A stretch of 64,000 nucleotides of DNA from Callorhinchus milii (lineage: Eukaryota): positions 94,614,001 to 94,678,000 of the forward strand of contig NW_024704742.1 in assembly GCF_018977255.1 (NCBI RefSeq), read 5' to 3'. The notes beneath the pieces were generated by a model, which had not been told where the DNA came from, made no database searches, and was given only the letters and a program-made list of their open reading frames with translations. A program made the translations under genes and the position numbers. Below are positions 11,183-23,860 of the stretch, in pieces. Positions within the stretch are counted from its first letter, which is position 1, and each line of letters starts with the position of its first letter.

Positions 11183-11730
11183 CTTGCTCTGTTGACCTGT
11201 CACTCACTCCGTCGACCTCTCGCTGTAACTGAACATCAGTTGAAGCTGCTTTGTGATGCAGTGATCACATTGTGATGTCACACCGGTGGAAATCGAGCTT
11301 TATTCTCCCGGTATTTTCTTTCATCCCAAAGATGGGAGTTGGAACATCCAAATCGAGTTGCGTGCTACGCATCCTTTTTAAAAAGCCATCGACCTCTGTA
11401 TAACACTGTCGATAGGGCAGCAGAACTGCTACGGATGGAGGGCTACAGCGTGGGAAACACTGAGATGTACGGTAAACCTCAGACATAGGCATGTTTGTTT
11501 TTAAAATTTAGTGACGGTGTTGAACAGAAGGGGTTCATGCTTCAGAGATTGTTGACGCTTAGTGTTGTATGTGAATTCTGTTGCTGAACGCTGGTACTGA
11601 TAGCTACCAGTAACCATATCTAAAGGCAGCAGCTGAATATTACTGTTGTCAAATATGATTATTCATACATCAGTTATGATATTCATGTATCTGTGTTTTC
11701 CATTGAGCATTTGTTTTGTGTTGTTTTCAG

Positions 11731-11852
11731 AAACTCTCGGATCTTTGGTCTGCTATCCCAGCTGGAGAAGACAAACTCTGATTCGGCATTGCTAGATGTC
11801 GATAATGCCCGTCATATTACCTCCAAGATTCTTCATTTGGCTCAGACTCAAG
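11731..11852 (+). CDS. AGTPBP1: AGTPBP1 exon ([40 protein letters not shown])
   Basis: ttttcag acceptor and G|GTAATA donor. The translation matches the recalled CCP1 N-terminus NSRIVGLLAQLEK...[11 protein letters not shown]. Confidence 0.93.
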
Positions 11853-12379
11853 GTAATACAGTTACAGAATGTTGCTTCTCTTTTTCTCTTAATTTTGTGT
11901 TCAAAGGTTAGAGGAACAATAGAAAAGGAAGAGGCCATTCTGACATTTTATAAATCCGCGGAATTCTTTATCTTTCTAATCATGTTTTCCCTTTTCTCTC
12001 TGTCCCTTAATACCCTTGCTTCCCTGATATTTATCCCCTTAACTCCCTCAGTTGATGCTGCATCTATGGACTATAAGGGGGCCGGTGCATTCTTCTGACA
12101 CTTTTCTGAACAAATATTTTCCGGATTTACTTTTAACCCTTTTAACTCTTACTACAATTATAATCCCCTTTTCTGGTCTCCTCTACAAGAGGGAAAGGTT
12201 GTTGCCTCTCTACTTTTGTTTATTTTCTTTTAATCCAACATCCTCAGCTCACAAGAGCTTCAGATAAAGAAGACTCTTCATCTCATTTGATATAATTCTT
12301 CCAGAATACCCACCTTAACTTCTCATGGCAGCATCAAACTGTTTCTTAAATTAGTCTAGTGAATGTTATTTGTAACCCA

Positions 12380-12930
12380 TTCCAGGTTTTTTTTGGTCAG
12401 CTGGGTGTCTGATACATGCGGAAACCTATCACCATGCTTAAGTATCCAAACCAAATTGAGAATTCCATGCGTCCCACCCACACATGGAAATTCCAGAGGT
12501 AGATTGTTGGAATGCAATGCACAGTCTCTCCATAGAGGGATGCATCCTGCTTACCTAATTCCAGAGTGTACGTTAGGGTCTAACCAGCTAAAACAGCATA
12601 ACTTTGCTGTTGATATTGCTGCCTAGAGAGCTTTCCTGCAGCTTGTCCAGCTTGGACCACCCAATCTATTAAGGTTTTGGCTTGCAGGGCTAACAGGTGA
12701 GTAGGATGATTCCCTGCCCTGAGTGACAGGGCTGCCCTTTAAGTCCTGCCAGGCTGGCTGTGCAGTCATCAGCAGTGCCCTAGACCTGTGGACCTACCTG
12801 GACTACCGAGACCGCCACAGAGGACTGGCTCGATTTCAACATTCCGTTGCCAAGCATGTCTCCTGAGGCAGTTCAGCTCCAAGATGACCCCACTTACCTT
12901 CCCACCCCTGCTCCCAGGAGGATTAAAAAC
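12380..12930. repeat. Unclassified ~550-600-bp interspersed repeat, copy 1
   Basis: 'tttttggtcagctgggtgtctga.acatgcggaaacc...atccaaacca...catggaaat.ccagag..agattgttggaatgca' recurs at 33872, at 59286 (partial) and in reverse at 51660-52880. Confidence 0.8.
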
Positions 12931-13859
12931 CTCATAGCTTGCCATTGATATCACTGTCTGGCAAGCTTTGCCAAACAACATTCCAGTTGTTAATTACATT
13001 TTGTATAAAGACATGCTTCCTGGTGTTTGTTTCCAAATTGACCTTCACAGCCCTTTCGCATTGCTGCCTAGGCAAGTGAATGTATCCCAAATTTTGTGGC
13101 CTTTCTCAACATAGGTCCATTCCAGGTATCATCCTATTGAATTGCTACTGGACTTAATTCATAACTGGTATATCTTTTCTAAAAACTGAACATTGTGTTC
13201 CAGATAAACTCTGGATAACTGCAGTTTTCGATATCAATTTCTTTATCTCTAGTGACAAATTCTGGCATTCCTTTAGCCTTTTTGATCAATTTGGGCAACA
13301 GTGAAATAGCTTTTAATGCTGTGAGTTTAGTCTTGTTGGGGAAAGGTATGTTATTTTATACTGTGCTATGTTGAATTTCATACGCCGCTGGGTAACTGTC
13401 TGTCCTCTTGCAATTTTGCGCTCCATTCATAAGAGCTTGCTTATAATCCAGTTCAAATTTCTCCTGCTTCTAGTCCACTACAAATGTGGATATATTCGCC
13501 TCTGTTATACGTAGAATTGAAAACTGCCTCAGCACTGATTTTTGGGGATACCATTTGTTCCTATTCTCAATCAGAGAATATTTATCCTGTTTGTCTCCTA
13601 CAACAACTTGCATTTATATAGCGCCCTTCACAATTCTGATAATTTCACAATTATGTAAAATTTTGAAAGGATAGATAATAAGAGATTATTCCTTGCACAA
13701 GGTAAGTTGGCCTGAAGGGACATAGGATGGAGGTTTTCCACTGGAAGAGTTGAGAGGGAGAAGTAAGAGCCTTATCACTGAAGAGTTATTAGAACATGGA
13801 ATGTGGCTGTTGAATATGAAACCATAACAATATGAAAAAGCGAATTAGACAAACATTTG

Positions 13860-14220
13860 AATATAAATAACCTTTGCTTTTAAAATAGCTCCGTTCACCA
13901 CAGGATGATGCCTCAAAATGCTTTGTAGGATTTATTGTCAAATGTTGTGACTGTGTTTTGTAAGTCAACATGACAGTCTATTTGCACACAGCACTGGTTC
14001 ACAAACGACCAAGAAATAAATGTCCAGTTTTATCTGGAGGATTGTTGGTCAGGACATGGAGAGAAACTCCCATTTTTTTCTCAAATAATCCCAGGAAATC
14101 TTTAACGTCCACCTGAGCAGGTAGATAGGACTTCAGTTTACCACCTCATGCGAATGATGGCAATTCCAATAATGCAGCTCACCTTAGCACTATATTTGAG
14201 TGTCAGCCTAGATTATCAGA
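13860..14220 (-). mobile_element. DeuSINE-like copy, degenerate
   Basis: 'tttaacgtccacctga...agtgtcagcctagattat' is the reverse complement of the DeuSINE body. Confidence 0.6.
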
Positions 14221-14318
14221 GGGGGAAAATATAAAATGGTGCACGATAGAACAAAATAGAGTGAACGTTTGCTCCAGTGGATGAGAAAGCACCAGCTTCG
14301 GCTTAATCAGTCAGATGG

Positions 14319-14640
14319 TGGAGTCCTGTAGCTCAGTGGTTAGAGCACTTGCTTTGCAAGCGAGAGACCTGAGTTCAATTCCAGGCAGCGCGAAACCTTG
14401 GGCAAGTTTCCTTACTCCACACAGAGCCTAATAATAATCCCTCCAAAACCCAAAACAATAATAAATTGGTCATTTTCAATCTACGACTGTTTGTGGGACA
14501 TTGCTGTGCGCAATTGGCTGCCGCGTTGGCCCACAAATATACAGTCAATTCACTTTACAGTGTGTTCTGTGAAGCGCTTTGGGACGTCCTCCCGATGTGA
14601 AAAGCGCTATATCAAATGCAAGGATTATTATTATTATTAT
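14319..14640 (+). mobile_element. Young tRNA-Ala(TGC)-headed SINE, short variant, full length
   Basis: A and B boxes, anticodon arm CTTGC-TTTGCAA-GCGAG, L2-like tail and (ATT)n. Nearly identical to the copy at 24657-24962. Confidence 0.9.
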
Positions 14641-15773
14641 AGCCTCTTTCTGTGATTCAGTGAAGTACAATAAAATCGTTGAGCAGCTTCTGTTTACAAT
14701 TAGGCTGCTATGTATGTGTTAAGACATTTTTAGAAAGCCAAAGGTTAATGGAAATTCCAGAAATGTTTTTTTTTCCCCACAAACAAACTTCATGTATATC
14801 AGTTCTCAGCTCATTGAACACTCACTGTATTAGTTTAACTGCAAAGGATGAATGTTTTTTTTAGTGTTTAAAATCAATAGAGCAAAAAGAGCTGACTGCT
14901 GACAATGAATCACCTCTCTGTGCAGGTTACTTCTGTGTATTATGGCAAGAATGTAATGGAACAATTTTATATTGAGATGTATCTGTGAAACTCGATCACT
15001 TGATAGGTATTTCAAGTGGATCTTATTTTACTCCTCTGCTTAATTTGATACTGGAAACTTTTGACCTATCAAATAACCCCTTAATCTCATATCCTTGCTA
15101 TATTCTTGGCTAGACCAGTGTGTTCTTTTTTCCTGGCCAGTGCCTTCAACTTTTTCACCTTTTTTTTTCAATTCATTAACTGGAAAGAATCTTTCACAGA
15201 TTCAATTACAGCACTTGCTGGTTGATAGCCTTTTTAATTTACTATTTATCTGTCCACTTTTCTCTCTTTCCCTCCCTCCTCCAAAGACATGATACTCTGC
15301 TTTCACTACATTCCCTTCTAATGGTAAGGTTCTACTGATATAGGTGTGTTTTTCTTCCCATCCCCTCCTTGGCTCCCACCCCTCCCGAATTAAACCCCAG
15401 CTCGGATGCAAACCCTCGACTGTCCAGTTCCTTGGGATGTTCTCCTGAAGTTAAAGGTGCTAAACAAAAATGCAATTTGTTATTGTGGTTTTGTTGTCCC
15501 TCCAATATGTGACCTATGAAACTTAAGAATGAGGCTGCTGGAGACATCACAGGCAGGTGGATGGCATATTGCTTCTATTGTTGCAAATGTACGGTAGTAG
15601 GTGCTGGGAATAAAATATCAAATCAGATAGATCATGAAAGTTTCATTAAAAGAATGTCCACAGGAAATTGATGTGGGCGTACCAGCTGTCGAGAGGTAGA
15701 ATGAATAATATTGCTAACAATTGTCATGTGTGTTTATAGAAATCCAAAGTATAATACATTTCTTATTTCTTTG

Positions 15774-16085
15774 TGGAATCCTGTAGCTCAGTGGTTAGAG
15801 CACTTTCCTCGCAAACGAGAGATCTGAGTTTGATTCCTGGCAGGTCAAAACCTTGGGCAAATTTCCTTAATCCACACGCCTGATAAAAATCCCTCAAGAA
15901 GAGAAACAATAATAAATTGATCGCTTCAATCCACGACTGTTTGTGGGACACTACTGTGCGCAATTGGCTGCAGCATTTCGCCTACAAATATACAGTCAAT
16001 TCACTTTACAGTATATTCTGTGAAGCGCTTCTTGAGACGCCTAGAAGACGTGAAAAGCACTATATCAAATGCAAGGCTTATTATT
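15774..16085 (+). mobile_element. tRNA-Ala-headed SINE, short variant, more diverged
   Basis: Same head, body and tail as the copy at 14319. Confidence 0.85.
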
Positions 16086-16449
16086 AATAAATTTTATTGT
16101 AACATCTTTTCATGTTAATGTCTCAAAAAGTGTTTTACCGGAATTTATTATAAAATGTAGTGATCGTATATGTAGGCGAACCCAAGCAGCCAATTTGCAC
16201 ATGTCCCACAAACAGCCATGGTGTGCGCAATCATATTTTATCTAGGGGATTGTTGTCCAGGACATGAAATGTCAGGAACTCCCTTCACTTTTCATATAGT
16301 ACTATGGGATCTTCAAGATTCACCTAAACAACCAGGCAGGACTTTGGTTCAGCATCTCCTCTGAATTACAGCGCCTCTGATCACAGCTCTCCTTTGGGAT
16401 TCCATTGGAGTTTCAGCTTAGAAGTCTAGATGTGGAACTTAATTCCACA

Positions 16450-17835
16450 ACAACAACTTGCATTTATATAGCGTCCCTCATGAAGGATAGCATCCCAGAG
16501 AGCTTGACTGTGGCAGAGCACGACTCCGAGCTGGGGGCAGGGAAGGTGACCGTAAGCATGGTTGAATAAGATGGTCTTCAGGCGTGACCTGAAAATGAGA
16601 TAGGAAGGAGCAAGGAGAAGGGATAGACGAAGAGTGTTCCAGAGTTTCGGGGCGTAGTGGCTGAAAGTGCGGCGACCAATGGTGGAATAGAGGGCACGGG
16701 GGACATGCAGAAGCCTGTAGCCAGTCGAGCGGAGGCAGTGGGTTGGGGCTAAACAGGTTGGAGAGATAGGGAAGTGCTAGGGCATAAAGGGATTTGAAAA
16801 TGAGTGTGAAGATCTTAAAATCGACCCGTTTAGTGATGGGGAACCAGTGGAGTTTGGCTAGAACTGCTTCGATGGGGGTATGGAGTTTCTATGGGTGAGT
16901 ATGTGGGCGGCGGAGTTTTGGATCAATTGGTTCCTATGTATGGTGGAGCTGGTGAGACCGGCAAAGAGGGCATTTGAGAAGTCCAGTGGGGAGGTGACGA
17001 ATGCATGGACGAGGGTCTGGGTCTGGGGTAAGGTATGGTCAGAGGCGGGCAACATGGCGGAGGTGGAGGAAGGCACTCCTGGTCAGGGACTGGATGTGGG
17101 GAAGGAAGGACAGCTGTGGGTTGAACCTGACACCCAGGTTGCACACTGGTTTGGTAAGTCTGAGGGATAGGCTGGGGAGGTTGAAACAGTCAGAGCCGCA
17201 GGATAGAAGATGTTGACAGGAGGCAATGTGTATGGCCTGTCAACATCGAGTTGTAGGAAGTTTTCGCTCGTCCAGGCCCTGATAACAAGCGGAGAGAATA
17301 TCGGCGGACCTGGAGTTACAGCTGGAGGAGTTGATTTGTGTGTCATCTGCATACATGTGGAAGTTTACCCCATGTCTGCCAAGAGGAAACATATAGGTGA
17401 GGAAGAGGATGGGGCTAAGGATGGAGCCCGGGGATAGCTCACGAGCGAGAGCGGGAGGAGAAACCATTTGAGGAGAAGGCGGTTTGTTAGGTAGGATTCG
17501 AACCAGGATAGTGCGGTCCCACTGAGATGGATGAGGGAGAAGAGGTGGTGGATGAGGATGGCGTGGTTGACTCCAGGAGGACGAGGAGATGGAGGGAGCC
17601 CTGGTCACAGAGAGAGAGAGAATGTCGTTTGTCAACTTGACAAGCTTTGGGCAGGGCGGAAACCAGACTGGAGGGATCGAGGAGGGAGTGGAGGGAGAGA
17701 TGAAAGCAAAGCTGGTTAGCGACCACCTGGTCCAGAGCTTTGGCAACGAAGGGCAGGTTGTAAATAGTATGGTAAACTTGTGAGGTTGGAGGGTGAAGGG
17801 TGGGTTTTGAGGAGGGGAATGATGTCAGCGGTTTT
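16450..17835 (-). mobile_element. L2 fragment (RT and 3' end) inserted into the head of a minus-strand DeuSINE (16090-16449; resumes at ~17836)
   Basis: Translations [21 protein letters not shown] and IQNSAA; caacaacttgcatttatatagcg tail. Confidence 0.85.
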
Positions 17836-18685
17836 ACAGCCTTCTGACTAGGACGGGACAGTGTTACCTACTTGTCGAAAGTAGTACTGGCTCTGAAGGA
17901 ATCTGTGTGAGACCACAATTGAATTGTTGCATGCCATTCTGATTCTTGTACTTCTTAAAGTAGACCATTGAAAAGGATTTAATAAAAAAAAGCAGAATCT
18001 TCAATCAATGAGCATTGGACTGAAATTAATCATAGAATTTTATTGTACCTGTGCCAGCAAGATAGCTGAATCTGTTTTAATAAAAAACAAGTTGGGGTGG
18101 GGGAAATTTTTGGAAATATAGGTAGATGATGCATTTTGTTTTAAATCATTAGCTTGGATAGCACAGTTCATAAGATGTGTTGAAAATAGGAGAGGAGATG
18201 ATAAATGGATAGAACTTGAAAATATAGTGCAATGTATCAAGTACAAACAGTTTGCCATTTGCTCTGTCATTGACCTGACTCAATGTAAGAGATTTATTGT
18301 CCTGGGGGAGCATTCCGGAAATTTTCTTCCTGACCCTTAGGTGTGAAGAGTGGAGTGATCCATTTTTTCTCCTTTATTGTTCCTTCCTGCTCAGCTGATT
18401 TCCATATATAACATTTCTATTACTCCTCCAGTACAAGTACCATTGTGTTCTGTAGAATCTTTGGTGTGTTGAAGAGGTGCTTTATTATTCATTTAGAACA
18501 GAAGCAATGATGAAATTAATTACCTGTTGCCACTTTTCTCTCTAGACAGGCTAAGCACTCTGTTCTTCTTTACAAGTTATGCAGTTGTTTTTTAAAAATG
18601 CATCACTCCTAAAGATTCCTGTAACTGATAGTCAGAAATGAAAGTCACATATGTGATTTCAAGGAACTGCGCGTGCATACATTTA

Positions 18686-19017
18686 TGGAGTCCTGTAGCG
18701 TAGTGGTTAGAGAACTCGCCTCACAAGTGAGAGGACCTGGATTCGATTCCCGCAGGGCGAAACGTCAGACAAGTTTCCTTACTCCACGTGTCTCTGTTTA
18801 ACTAGCAGTAAGTAGGAACCTGATTGACAGATTGCTTTTCCAGGGGTAATAATTCTTCAAAGTAAAGTTTTAAAATAATTTGGTCACTCAATTCATGACT
18901 GTTTGTGGGACACTGCTGTGCGCAATTGGCTGCCACATTTCGGCCACAAAATATACAGTCAATTCACTTTACAATATATTCTGTGAAGCACTTTGAGACA
19001 TCTCAAAGACCTGATAA
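18686..19017 (+). mobile_element. tRNA-headed SINE, long variant; its tail resumes at 21214-21250 after an L2 insertion
   Basis: Family head plus an extra internal block 'tctctgtttaactagcagtaagtaggaacc'. The tail is split, with TGATAA duplicated on both sides of the L2. Confidence 0.85.
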
Positions 19018-21207
19018 CAACAACAAAATTACATTTGTATAGCCGAGCTGAGGGTGGGAGTGGGGGAAGGTGGGGGGGAAGCAGGGAGGCTCTTGAGGTG
19101 GGTCTTGAAGGTGGCGAGGGAGGGGTGAGATGGAGAGACTGCGGGATGGAGTTTCAGAGGGTGGCTGCAGTGTAGCGGATGGCCCACCTGCTGCTAGTGG
19201 GGCGATCAAGGGAGGGGACGTGAAGCAGACCAGAGCCCGCTGAGTGAACAGGGAGGTAGTGGGTTAGGAGGTCAGAGAGTTAGTGGGGGACAAGACAGTG
19301 GAGGGCTTTGAAGGTGAGGACCAGGATCTTGAACTGTTTTCTCTGTGTGATGGGAAGCCAGTGGAGTTGGGCGAGGATGGGGTGATAGGGTCACGGAGTC
19401 TGGTGCGGGAGAGGACATGCGCTGCACAATTCTGGATGATCTGCAGCCTATGGAGGGAGGAGTTGGGGAGGGCGACAAGCAGTGAGTTTGCATAGTTGAT
19501 CTTCAAAGTAATGAAGGCGTGTATAAGAGTTTCGGTGGCCTGTGATGTGAGACACTGTCGGAGCTGGACGATGTTGCAGACATGGAGGAAGGCAGAGCAG
19601 GTCATGGTGGAGATGTCAGATAGAAAGGATAATTGAGGGTCAAACAAGACCCCAAGGTTCCGGACTGACTTAGTAAGATGGAGTGTGCAACCATGGATGG
19701 TGATGCTGTGAGCGCCTGAGGTGTGGAGGCGCTGACAGGAGCCAATCAGGAGAGCCTTGGTCTTGTTGACATTCAACTGAAGAAAGTTAGCTCTCATCCA
19801 GGACTTGGATGTCTGACAGACATTCTATCAGGACATCAGTGGTCCTGGAGTCAAGGATGGAGGCAGAGAGGTAGAGTTGGGTGTCATCCGCATTGACCCC
19901 ATGTCTGTGGATGATGTCACCAAGAGGGAGCATATAGATGTTGAAGAGAAGGGGACCAAGGACAGAGCCCTGAGGAACGCCGCACAAGACGGTCCAGGGG
20001 ATAGAAGAGGAAGCCATTTGAGGAGATGAAGTGCAGGAAGTGTGAGAGGTATGATCTGAACCAATCAAGGACAGCGCTGTTGAGGTGAGAGGAGAGGCAT
20101 TGGATGAGGATAGAGTGGTCAATGGTGTCGAAATCAGCAGAGAGGGCAAGGAGGATGAGGAGGCAGAGGGAGCCCTGGTCGCAGATGGACAGAATGTCAT
20201 TTGTCACTTTGACCAGGGCTGTTTCTGTGCTGTGAGTGGCACAGAAACCCGATTGGAGGTGGGAGAGAAAGGGGCGAAGCTGAGACGCAACAACTTGTTC
20301 CAGGACCTTGGAGAAGAAGGGAAGGTTGGAGGTGGGGCGGTAGTTAGGGAGTAGAGGAGGGTCCAGGGAGAGTTTTTTAAGGATAGGAGTAATGACAGTA
20401 TTTTTTAAAGGGGTGGGAACAGTACCAGAAGTCAGGGAGAGGTTAGTGAGTAGAGGGGCAAGGAGGTGGAACTGGGAAGTAAGGAGGGGAGTAGGGATAG
20501 GGTCAAGGGAGCAGGTGGTTGTGGATTTCATACGAGTGTTGGTGGTGATGAAAGAGGAGGAGGAGAAGGGTTCAAAGGTGTGAAGGGAGGGGTGGGATGG
20601 GAAGAGGTGATGGAGAGGGGGTAACAGTGGCAGAGGCAACTGAGGGGATTCCCTCGACTTTGGATCCGAGGAAGTCCAGCATCACCTTGCAGTTGGCATT
20701 TGAGATGAGGATGGGTGAGGCATGAGAGGGTGGGCAGAGGAGTCGGTTCATGATGGAGAAGAGGAGCCTGGGGTTGTCCTTAGCCTCTAAGATTGTCTTG
20801 GAGTGGAACAATGATTTAGCGGAGGCGAGGGCGGAATGGTAGGATTTGACATGGTCCAGCCAAATCTGCCGGTGGACATTTAGGTTTGATTTAAGCCAGG
20901 TGTGCTCAGCGGAACGCGCTTGGGCTTTAAGGGAGCGGAGGTAGCTGGTGTACCAAGGTGATTTGGTGAGTAGGAGACAGTTCGGAAGAGAGAGGAGCGA
21001 GGGAATCAAGAGTGGAGGAGAGGGAGCTGTGGAGAAGGGTGACCGAGGAGGATAGGTCATTGTGGGAGGTCGCCCAGAGGAGAAGGAGTTCAGGTGACTC
21101 TAAGGCAGCCGAGAGAGTGGGGGGGGGAGATTTTTTTCCAGGGGCGTATGAGATGGAGGTGGGTTGGGTGGTGGTGGGGAGAGGGATTGAGGAGTTGATC
21201 ACCAGGT
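19018..21207 (-). mobile_element. 5'-truncated, frameshifted L2 ORF2 with 6-bp TSD TGATAA
   Basis: Translations [20 protein letters not shown] and NFLQLN. TGATAA occurs at 19012-19017 and 21208-21213. Confidence 0.9.
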
Positions 21208-23479
21208 TGATAAGGTGCTTTACTAAATGCAAGGATTATTATTACTATTATTTGGATATTGATACTGTGGAATCTGGCAGTGTAAAGAGAGTAGATTCTA
21301 CAATTCAGACAGTGACAAAATTGTAGTTACAGGTACTTCCTGTCAAAGTGGCTCTCCAATGTAAGACTGTATTAAAGTCCTGTATTAAAGAAGACAGACA
21401 AAACTGTAGTATAATGACTAGTTTATTGGAAATGTGAGTTCACAGTATTGGCTGTGGGTCTCGGACTTATGTTGGCCATATCAGAGTAAATACAGCTCTG
21501 GTCTGACATTGATGCTGAAGTTTACTCTACATGTCTCCATGTGACATAGTTAAGGCAGTAATTTAAAATTGGAAATTCAACTATGCTGATATGTAGCAGA
21601 GTCTAAAGACGACAGCAGTTGTAAGTTATTATTTATTTGAGCATATATTCTTGAATTAACCTTATTTGTGTAAATGTGATGCATATTTAAAAAAAAATTA
21701 CTTTTCAGAAGTCTATTCAATCTATTCATTTTACCTACAGCTACAGACAGACTAATATTCTTCCCTCAACCAAACAAGATTAAATTGTCATTCATCTCAT
21801 TGTGGTTTATATGACTGTTGATGGTGATTGGCTGCCTAAATACGTATGATTGCTTTACTTCAAAGTAACTTTTGTGATGTGCTTTGAAATATTTTGATGT
21901 GATAAAGCATTATATTAAATGTCAGTACAAGAATCTCTCACCCCCCCTCCCTGCCCCCACCCACCCCATGTAGTGCTTCATTAATAATGGTGATTGGATG
22001 CACACTAACCAAAAGTGCACAGGACAGTACCTCCATCAAAGCATTGCACTGGAGGGTCAGCCTAGACCGAGTGCAAGGTCCTGATGTGGAGCTTGAACCC
22101 AAAACATTCTGACTTGGAAGCCAATTTGCACACAGCAATGTCCCATAGACAGCCATGACGCGAATGACCAATGGCCAGCTTCCTGCACAAAAATATGGTT
22201 TGATGGTTGTCAGAACGCTGTTGATGTCACTTCTTGTGCACTGAACATTACGTGTAGGAAGTGCCTCTGATATCGCTTTGCGAAGGAAGTATGCAGAGCT
22301 TCTTGCACATCAATGTCAGTGAGACTTGATGATGCCGGAGTTGGTCATTATTGTTAGATTTAACCCAGACATCTGTGCTGTCATGAGTTTGTCCTTTATC
22401 ATCCAGTTACCGTTGTGGTGAAGGTGTGCAACCCTTTTTCCTCAATGTCGGGGCAAATTGCTTGCATTCCTGTAGTTGGGCAAACTTTACTGTCACCTGC
22501 TTTATGGGAACTGGCCAGATGTCTTTCCGTGAAGCTGTTAGTTAATAAAGTATTCTATGCAGCAATGGAGAGGAAGGGGAGAGAGAAGAGAGAATACTTT
22601 TTTTTACATCGTTTATCTTATGTTAAATGTTATGCTATTATCTTATGTTATTATTTTAGTTCTTAAAAGAACTAAAGGGGAGCAACTGTGGTGTACCCTG
22701 CTGAAGGAACTAGGAAGTACACAATAAAAAGCTGGAAAGAAACTATTATTGCCAGCTTTTAATAGCAACCCATTCTAATGGAAGGTGATTCTTAACACTA
22801 TCATATGGATCTCCTAAAACGTTCTGTAGGCTTGAAAACCTATAATAAATTGGCATTTGTTTCTTTTTGCTATTAATATTTTTTTACATTACAAGAGTAG
22901 GGCTTCCTCATCTTTTGAACTCCAGATACACTTTTGCCTCTCTCCAGTACGCCTTCACTACTCTGACAGTGTGTATTCCAGTCCTGACACTGGACTCCTA
23001 TCTCTGTGGGTTGTCTGTGGTATGTTCAGTTCTACTTAGCTACTTGGGCACCAGGATAGCTTTATTGCTGTAATATTACTCCTAACTAATACTCCTAACC
23101 AACAGCTAAAAAGACTAAGCACAACAGTTACCCCCTGCTGCTCTTTAAAATGTATCTGCGCTGCTACCAGTATTTTACATATTTTAGTTCCTGTACATAA
23201 TATGGAATCCTGTTGCATACATTAGAGGATTGAGGATTTTTTTTAAAAAAACTTATCTTGGGGTATGAAGCTGGTTGGGCCACCATTTGTAACCCATTCC
23301 AGGTTGTTCTGCAGGCCTTTTGGCAATGGTGCTTTCCATGATGCTGTTGGATAGGGAGCTGCAGGATTTTGACCTAGTGATGAAGGAATAGAGTTATGTG
23401 TCCACATCAGACTGAGGAGTGATTTGGAAGGGAACTTGGAGATTGTCCTATGATACCGCTGTTCTTGTTATGTGCCAAG

Positions 23480-23860
23480 TTAGAAATAGGTTCAGTTGAT
23501 AGCACTCTTGTCTCTGAGTTGGAACGGTGTCAGTTCAACCCTGGGACTTTGAATGCATAGCTTAGGCTGATACTCCAATGCAGTGCAGGGTGTGCTCTGT
23601 GTTGTTGGAGGTGCCATGATTTGAATGAGCTGTTAAAATTCTGGTTACCTTCTTAAAGATTTTATTACTATAAGGTATTATTCGCAAGAGAAGAGAATTT
23701 TTCCTGATGTCCTGACCAACAATCCTGCAAATAAAATTGGTTGTTTACTTCATGGCTTTTTGTGGGATATTGTTGTGTGCTAATTTGCTGCTGTGTTCAC
23801 CTGCAAAATACAGTCTTGTGAAGTGCTTTGAGATGGTATCCCATTGTGAAAGGTGTTGTA
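23480..23860 (+). mobile_element. DeuSINE-like copy, degenerate
   Basis: Head 'gttcagttgatagcactcttg.ctctgag' followed by a Deu-like body. Confidence 0.6.

Noticed and set aside
10801..11275. Gly/Arg/Ala-rich ORFs of 105-143 aa
   Set aside because: They arise because the minisatellite has no stop codons; it is open in several frames.
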